From positions 3,702-67,701 of the forward strand of contig JAYZBN010000007.1 of NCBI GenBank assembly GCA_036338755.1: 64,000 nt of DNA, read 5' to 3'. The DNA comes from Actinomycetota bacterium. Lineage in GTDB: Bacteria > Actinomycetota > Actinomycetes > Mycobacteriales > Mycobacteriaceae. The position numbers and the translations under genes were made by a program. Positions within the stretch are counted from its first letter, which is position 1, and each line of letters starts with the position of its first letter. The notes below the pieces were generated by a model that made no database searches, had not been told where the DNA came from, and saw only the letters and a list, made by a program, of their open reading frames with translations. Positions 58,818-64,000 of this stretch are shown piece after piece.

Positions 58818-59735
58818 TCAGTGCGACGCGCGGGCAGCGGGCGAGCGGGCCAGGTAGTCGACCGCGCGCCCGACCCCGCCCAGCTGGGAAGGATGGAAAC
58901 TCGGCGTGTAATAGGCGCCGATGACCCGGAGGAATTGGAACGGGCCGGGCACCAAACCCCGGCGCGCGGCGCGGAAGTAGTCTCGCCAGCGCGGCTTGGT
59001 GCCGGGGGGCAGGTAGGGGTCGACCGAGTACATGAATCGCACGCCGCGGACGAACAACCACAGCAGCGCCGGGGTGATCAGCAGCTGGGTGCGCACCTGC
59101 CGCCAATACCCGGCGCGCAGGTGCTTCATGGTGTCGAAGGCAACCGCTTTGTGCTCGACTTCCTCGGCGCCGTGCCAACGCAACAAGTCCAGCATCACCG
59201 GGTCGGTGCCCATGGCGTCGTGCTGCGGGGTGTCGAGAATCCACTCGCCCAGAATGGCGGTGTAGTGCTCGAGTGCGGCCACCATCGACACCCGCTCGAG
59301 CAACCAGCTCTGCCGCCGGCGTGGGCTCCACCGCGGCCGGTCGCCGATGAGTTGGGTGAATAGCCAACGCATTTGGTCGGTGAACGGGGTCACGTCGATG
59401 CCTTTGACCGCGAAGTGCCCGAGCACCCCCGCGTGCGCCTGGGAATGCATCGCCTCCTGGCTGATGAATCCCTGCACATCGCGGCGCAGCTGATCGTCTT
59501 TGATCAGCGGCAGGGTGTCCTTGAAAGCGGCGACGATGAACTCCTCGCCCGCCGGCAACAACAGGTGCAGCACGTTGCAGAAGTGCGTGGTGAAGGGCTC
59601 GTTGGGCACGTAGTAGAACGGCAGCGTCGACCAGTCGAAGTCGACGTCGCGCGCCTGCAGGACGATTCGCTCGTGGTCGAGCGAAGCGTCGTGCGGGCCG
59701 GTTGCCCTGTCATCGACGGTGAACATCGTCGCCAT
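58818..59735 (-). CDS. 'Predicted metal-dependent hydrolase' family protein with a ferritin-like di-iron ligand pattern
   Basis: Two E...ExxH pairs: GEEF-(about 30 aa)-QEAMH and ALEH-(about 35 aa)-EEVEH. 305 aa. Confidence 0.8.
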   Translation of the reverse strand: MATMFTVDDRATGPHDASLDHERIVLQARDVDFDWSTLPFYYVPNEPFTTHFCNVLHLLLPAGEEFIVAAFKDTLPLIKDDQLRRDVQGFISQEAMHSQAHAGVLGHFAVKGIDVTPFTDQMRWLFTQLIGDRPRWSPRRRQSWLLERVSMVAALEHYTAILGEWILDTPQHDAMGTDPVMLDLLRWHGAEEVEHKAVAFDTMKHLRAGYWRQVRTQLLITPALLWLFVRGVRFMYSVDPYLPPGTKPRWRDYFRAARRGLVPGPFQFLRVIGAYYTPSFHPSQLGGVGRAVDYLARSPAARASH

Positions 59736-59757
59736 CCCTTTCCGTCAGATCGTAAGG

Positions 59758-62700
59758 CTAGGCGCTGCGCTGCGCCTCGTCCTCCACCTCAGTGATCAAA
59801 CGCTCGCTGCGCAAGAACCGGACCAGATGATCGACCGTCTCGGTCAGGGCCGGCTCGCGCAGGCGGACCTTGGCCAGCCCGCGTCGGTGGCGGTACTGGG
59901 TGTTGTCGTAGCGCTTGTCCCGCATCGCCGCGATCTTGTCCGCCGACCGGGTGAGGAAATCGACCAGCGGGTACATCTGATCGTTCGGCGTGCAGCGGCG
60001 GTTCAGCTGCTCGGTGAACGACGGGATGTCGTGGTAGTCAAAGCGATACCCGTACCGCTCGGACAAGATCCGGGTGACGTCGGTGAGGTTGTAGTAGTCG
60101 TCGGCGGTCATGTTGAAAACACTGCAGACGCTGTCGTCTTTGGGCAGGCCCATCAGCGTGACGATGTGATCCGCGATCAGGTCCGCCGGCAGCAGGCTGA
60201 TCTGGTTGAGGGCGTTGACGGCGACGCCGTGCTCGATCATGAACGCCGTCAAGCGGACCAGGATGTCGTCCTGGCTGCCGAAGCCCGCGCGGGTCGGCGA
60301 GATCAGCGACGGCCGGTAGATGCGGACGTCGAGTCCCTTGCGCTGCGCGGCCAGCGCCAGCTGCTCGCCGACCCATTTGGTCTGCGAGTAGCCGAAGTCC
60401 AGGCCGGCCATCTTTTCGTTGGCGTCCCACTCCCCGACCACCGGCTCGGTGCTCCAGCCGTAGATGAACGTGCTGGAGACGAGATGGAAAGCCTTGCGGT
60501 GGTTGGTCATCGCCAGCCGCAACAGCTCGCGGGTGCCCTCGACGTTGGCCGGCCGCAGGGCGTCATAGGTGCGCACGTAGTTGACCAGGGCGCCGTTGTG
60601 CACGACGGCATCGACGTCTTGCGCCAGCTGTTGGAAGGCCGCCTCCCCGATGCCCAGCGCGGGCTCGGCGAGATCGCCGCAGACGACGCGGACCCGCGCG
60701 CGAACGTCGGCTTCCAGCGCCGGCGTCCATAGCTGGGCGCGGCGCAGCGACGCCACGATGCGGTCCAGGCCGTGCGCGGCGTCCGTGGCACGCACCAGCG
60801 CATGCACCGTAAAGGAGGTTTGCGCCAGCAGGCTGCTCACCAGGAACGGCCCGAGGAATCCGGTCGCGCCGGTGAGCAGCAGATCCGTGGGCTCACCCGG
60901 CCGCGCAGGTGCCAATTCCGGCAGCGGCAGTGCCGCGTCGGCCCGCATCTGCGCGGCTTCGTAGGCCTCGTACTCGGCGGAGATCTGATCCAGCGCGCGG
61001 CGCAGCGCGTCGAGCGGCTGCCCGGTCCCCTCGCCGAATTGGCGGACCAGCCCGAAGAATTCGGACACCGTCAGCCGCTGCAACAGGCGGGTGTTGACCT
61101 CTTCGGCCAGCTCCCCGGCGCCGTTCTCCGCCAGCAAGGCCTGCAGGTCGGTGCGGAGTTCGGCCAACGCCAGCGAGTCGATGCCGAGATCGGCGAACGA
61201 GCAGTCCTCATCGCCGCTCAGGTCGTAGCTCTCGATGAGATTGCGGAAGCGCTCCAGCGGACCCGCGCCGTCAGCCAGGCCATCGTGAGTTCGGTTGGCC
61301 GACTGGTTGATCCAGCTCGCGAAGGTGGGCAGCTTGCCGTCCAGCCACAGCTGGCGTGTCGACGAGCGCCGGATCTTGCCCGAAGTGGTCTTCGGAATGC
61401 TGCGCGGCGGTGCGAAAACGATTGTGTGCGGATCGATGTGGCAGTGCCGCCGGATCGCGCGGGCCAGGGTCTTGGCGTCCGGAAGGCTGTGCTCGTCGCG
61501 CGCCTCGGCGACGACGATCAGCGCCTCGGACTCATCGTGCTCGACCGAGAAGGCGGCGACGCAGCCCTTGCGGATCTGCGCGGCGGTGCGCTCGACGACG
61601 GCTTCGATGTCGGAGGGGTAGCAGTTGACGCCGCGGACGATGATCAGATCCTTGCTGCGGCCGCAGACGAACAACTCGCCCTCGTAGACGAAGCCGAGAT
61701 CTCCGGTCCGCAGGTAGGTGCGCTCGTCATCACCGGCGACGCGCGCGCCGAAGATCTCCGCGGTGAGCTCCGGCCGGTTCCAGTAGCCGGCACCCTTGGA
61801 GCGTCCGGCCAGCCAGACCTCGCCGACGCGGCCGTCGGGCAACACCCGCCGGGATTCGGGATCGACGATGCGAACCACGGCATCCTCGATGGGCTTGCCG
61901 CAGCTGACCAAGGTGACCTGGTTGCTGTTCTCGGGCAGCGCCTTTTCGACGCGGGCGACGTTGCGCTCCAGTCCACGCTTGTTCACCGCGATGGTCTGGC
62001 GCCCGCGGATCGACACGGTCAGGGTGAATTCGGCCATGCCGTAGGCGCCGGTGAGCGCCTCGGGCCGCAGGCCATACTCGGCGAATCGCTGCCGGAAGCG
62101 AGCGAAGGTGTTGGCGCGCAGCGGTTCTGCGCCCACCACGATGCATTCGAGGCTGCTGAGGTCCACGCCGGTCAACTCGGCGGCGGGCAGCTTGTCCTCG
62201 CGCAGGCAGTATTCGAGCGCAAAGTTGGGGCCCGGCGTGTGCGTGGCGCGCACGTCGCTGATCAGCCGAAGCCAGGAGGCCGGCCGGGCGAGGAAGTCCA
62301 AAGGCGACATCGCATGCGTGGTTCCGCCCAACAGCACGACGAACATGTAGGCCGAGATCAGCCCCATGTCGTGGTGTTGCGGCAGCCACGAGGCCACCAC
62401 CACGTCGCCGCCGCTGAAGGCGAAACCGTTGGCGATGATGTTGGCGTGGGTGACGATCACACCCTTGGGATCGCTCGTCGAGCCCGAGGTGTACTGCAGG
62501 AAGAGCACCTCGCCGGGCGTGTCCGCGACGGGCGCGCCGCCGAAGTCCTGGGCGCCGTCGGTGGCGAACCAGGGCAGCTCGGGCAGGCCGGCGCCGGATT
62601 CGTCCGCCCAGAGTTGCTGGCCGTGCCGTTGGCCAAGCAGCAGGCGGAAGTCATATTCGAACTGCTTCGTCGACAGCACGGCTTTGGCCCCGCAATCGCG

Positions 62701-63024
62701 GGCGATGAAGCTGAGCTTGGCGAGCCCGGAATCGAAGGACATCGGCAAGGGCGGGCTGACCGGAACGGCGATCACCCCGATGCGGGCGCAGGCATAGAGC
62801 GACGCGACCATTTCGAGTCCGGGCGAGTAGACCAGCAGTGCACGATCGCCCGATTCGAGGCCGGCCTCCTTGGACAGGTAGGCGGCCAGTTCACGGGTGC
62901 GTTCGGCGAAGCCCTGGTAGGTGTAGTGCTCGAGTTCCCGGCCATCGGCATCGACGAAGCGAAACAGGGTCTGGTCCGGCTTCTGCGCTTCCCACTTGTG
63001 TAGGTAATCGATCAGCGTCTCCAT
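59758..63024 (-). CDS. Fatty acyl-AMP ligase-ACP-thioester reductase tridomain enzyme (NRPS-like A-T-R)
   Basis: FAAL-type N-terminus (LQYTSGSTSDPKGVIVTHANI). Carrier-domain Ser in DLGIDSLALAEL. R domain with LLTGATGFLGPFL and YSQTK. ATG at 63024 follows the RBS AAGGGGGA. Confidence 0.9.
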   Translation of the reverse strand: METLIDYLHKWEAQKPDQTLFRFVDADGRELEHYTYQGFAERTRELAAYLSKEAGLESGDRALLVYSPGLEMVASLYACARIGVIAVPVSPPLPMSFDSGLAKLSFIARDCGAKAVLSTKQFEYDFRLLLGQRHGQQLWADESGAGLPELPWFATDGAQDFGGAPVADTPGEVLFLQYTSGSTSDPKGVIVTHANIIANGFAFSGGDVVVASWLPQHHDMGLISAYMFVVLLGGTTHAMSPLDFLARPASWLRLISDVRATHTPGPNFALEYCLREDKLPAAELTGVDLSSLECIVVGAEPLRANTFARFRQRFAEYGLRPEALTGAYGMAEFTLTVSIRGRQTIAVNKRGLERNVARVEKALPENSNQVTLVSCGKPIEDAVVRIVDPESRRVLPDGRVGEVWLAGRSKGAGYWNRPELTAEIFGARVAGDDERTYLRTGDLGFVYEGELFVCGRSKDLIIVRGVNCYPSDIEAVVERTAAQIRKGCVAAFSVEHDESEALIVVAEARDEHSLPDAKTLARAIRRHCHIDPHTIVFAPPRSIPKTTSGKIRRSSTRQLWLDGKLPTFASWINQSANRTHDGLADGAGPLERFRNLIESYDLSGDEDCSFADLGIDSLALAELRTDLQALLAENGAGELAEEVNTRLLQRLTVSEFFGLVRQFGEGTGQPLDALRRALDQISAEYEAYEAAQMRADAALPLPELAPARPGEPTDLLLTGATGFLGPFLVSSLLAQTSFTVHALVRATDAAHGLDRIVASLRRAQLWTPALEADVRARVRVVCGDLAEPALGIGEAAFQQLAQDVDAVVHNGALVNYVRTYDALRPANVEGTRELLRLAMTNHRKAFHLVSSTFIYGWSTEPVVGEWDANEKMAGLDFGYSQTKWVGEQLALAAQRKGLDVRIYRPSLISPTRAGFGSQDDILVRLTAFMIEHGVAVNALNQISLLPADLIADHIVTLMGLPKDDSVCSVFNMTADDYYNLTDVTRILSERYGYRFDYHDIPSFTEQLNRRCTPNDQMYPLVDFLTRSADKIAAMRDKRYDNTQYRHRRGLAKVRLREPALTETVDHLVRFLRSERLITEVEDEAQRSA

Positions 63025-63099
63025 GTCGGAGTGATCCCCCTTCCAGGTTGGCTTGGCCCGAGCACGACTCACGTCGGTAATTATTAATCCAATGTAGCG

Positions 63100-63430
63100 C
63101 TGTCGGCCTGCCCTTAGCAAAGGGTTGAACAGCCTAAATGGTCATCACACATTGCATTCACAGGATTCAGATACCCGTCTGATTTAAATGCACGGATGCT
63201 GATCTCCGCTGCTACGGATTTCAGTATCTCAGTCGCTCGCGACCAGGTATTATCCCTGCGTCACGGCCTGAAGTACTGAAGTACGTATCTACTAATCCAC
63301 GCATTTACTATAAACGGTCAAGCAACCGCCGCGGTCAATTAAGTCTTTTACCATCGTCGCACTCACAGGCCAAATCGCAAATAGAAATCGCAATTGTCCG
63401 CACGATAACGCGAGCCCGGAAACCGCGCGT
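63100..63430. promoter_or_regulatory. Unusually AT-rich non-coding region upstream of the FAAL-ACP-R operon
   Basis: About 0.3 kb with far lower GC than the rest of the window. Internal repeats: AAATCGCAA x2 (63372-80, 63385-93), GAAGTAC x2 (63270-83), GGATT(T)CAG(A)TAT x2, and the palindrome ATTTAAAT (63182-89). No plausible ORF. Confidence 0.6.
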
Positions 63431-63473
63431 GCGGGCGGGCCGCCAAGGGCGATTGGATGCCGGCCGCAGCCGG

Positions 63474-64000
63474 CTACGCGGGCCTGGCGATGCGGATCCG
63501 CGGTCCCGCGCGCGCCACCAGTTTCACGATGCCGAGGAAACGCTCACCGTCGATGATGGGCGACAGGGGTTCGTCCTCGGCTTCGATCGTCATCTCCTTG
63601 CCGTTGACGTCGCGCAGCCCGTTGCCGCGCAGCATGCCGTTGGTCAGTGCCGTCGGAAGCTGCGCCACGATCAGGGATGGCCGGAGGTTTCCGGCCTGGA
63701 AATGCAGCGCACCGGGCTCGGACGCCTTGGGGAACAACCGAAGCGGCCCACCGATGCGAAGGTCGATCGCGCCGGCGTGCAACAAGCTGTGCGTGCGCGA
63801 CGGAACCTCATCGCCGTCGATCACCACACGCGCCCGCGTCGGCGTGAACAGGATGGAGGCGTAGTTGGGCGTCTTCACCCGGCTCGGGGCGACCTTCGAG
63901 GTGAGGTAATCGCCGAAGCTGCGAGCGATCACCCGGGCGACCGCCAGCCGACCGTGATCGGGTGAGTCGTAATACCGGTCGTAGAAACGGTTCCCGACGC
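63474..64000 (-). CDS. C-terminal part of a diacylglycerol/lipid-kinase-like (YegS/Rv2252-type) protein, truncated by the window edge
   Basis: The frame stays open from 63932 to the window end (VGNRFYDRYYDSPDHGRLAVARVIARSF...). The C-terminal domain resembles the DAGK accessory domain. The assignment is tentative. Confidence 0.5.
   Translation of the reverse strand, partial: VGNRFYDRYYDSPDHGRLAVARVIARSFGDYLTSKVAPSRVKTPNYASILFTPTRARVVIDGDEVPSRTHSLLHAGAIDLRIGGPLRLFPKASEPGALHFQAGNLRPSLIVAQLPTALTNGMLRGNGLRDVNGKEMTIEAEDEPLSPIIDGERFLGIVKLVARAGPRIRIARPA

Noticed and set aside
57895-59367. 490-aa version of the alpha/beta hydrolase ORF
   Set aside because: The N-terminal 184 codons overlap the upstream di-iron-like gene in another frame and are Arg/Pro/Ala-rich. 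The hydrolase fold begins at MTNELVST (ATG at 58815), 2 nt after the upstream stop codon.
60772-63003. 743-aa ORF on the plus strand opposite the FAAL-ACP-R gene
   Set aside because: Antisense shadow ORF. Its Arg/Gly/Ala/Pro-rich composition carries no motifs, whereas the minus-strand product has complete adenylation, carrier and reductase signatures.
63100-63430. The AT-rich block as a mobile element or IS remnant
   Set aside because: I could find no terminal inverted repeats, no target-site duplication and no transposase or integrase ORF fragment. I treat it as a regulatory or silenced promoter region.

Overview
High-GC (roughly two-thirds G+C by eye) actinobacterial chromosome segment, almost certainly a Mycobacterium. 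Gene order at 0.8-14.9 kb matches M. tuberculosis Rv3162c-Rv3171c (moxR3 cluster, TetR, phosphotransferase, aofH, hpx). 47.0-49.4 kb carries a clear devS/devR (dosS/dosR) pair. A large-subunit catalase (katE) and an 18-kDa-antigen-type Hsp20 hint at an environmental or opportunistic species such as the M. avium complex, but that is a guess. I call about 60 tightly packed protein-coding genes, many with ATGA/GTGA start-stop overlaps. I saw no rRNA, tRNA, CRISPR array, transposase or integrase. Much of the window reads like a stress/redox/dormancy neighbourhood: katE, CsbD, hemerythrin, PoxB, UdgX, TopIB, Hsp18, DosRS, an Acg nitroreductase and two ANTAR regulators. Several of these genes have SigF-type promoter candidates. 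Most interesting observations: (1) an orphan CheB/CheR-PAS/CheB methylation cassette co-transcribed with a STAS-HATPase partner-switching protein, with no MCP, CheA, CheW or CheY in the window, and with an in-frame TAG inside the CheR domain. (2) A THI-box (TPP riboswitch)-like three-way junction RNA upstream of the ThDP-dependent pyruvate oxidase poxB. (3) A FAAL-ACP-reductase megasynthase operon that also encodes a putative di-iron protein, an epoxide-hydrolase-type hydrolase and an FNR/2Fe-2S reductase, behind an unusually AT-rich 0.3 kb upstream region. (4) A perfect 56-bp MIRU-like tandem repeat. All start codons and all regulatory calls are inferences from reading the sequence; no searches were run.
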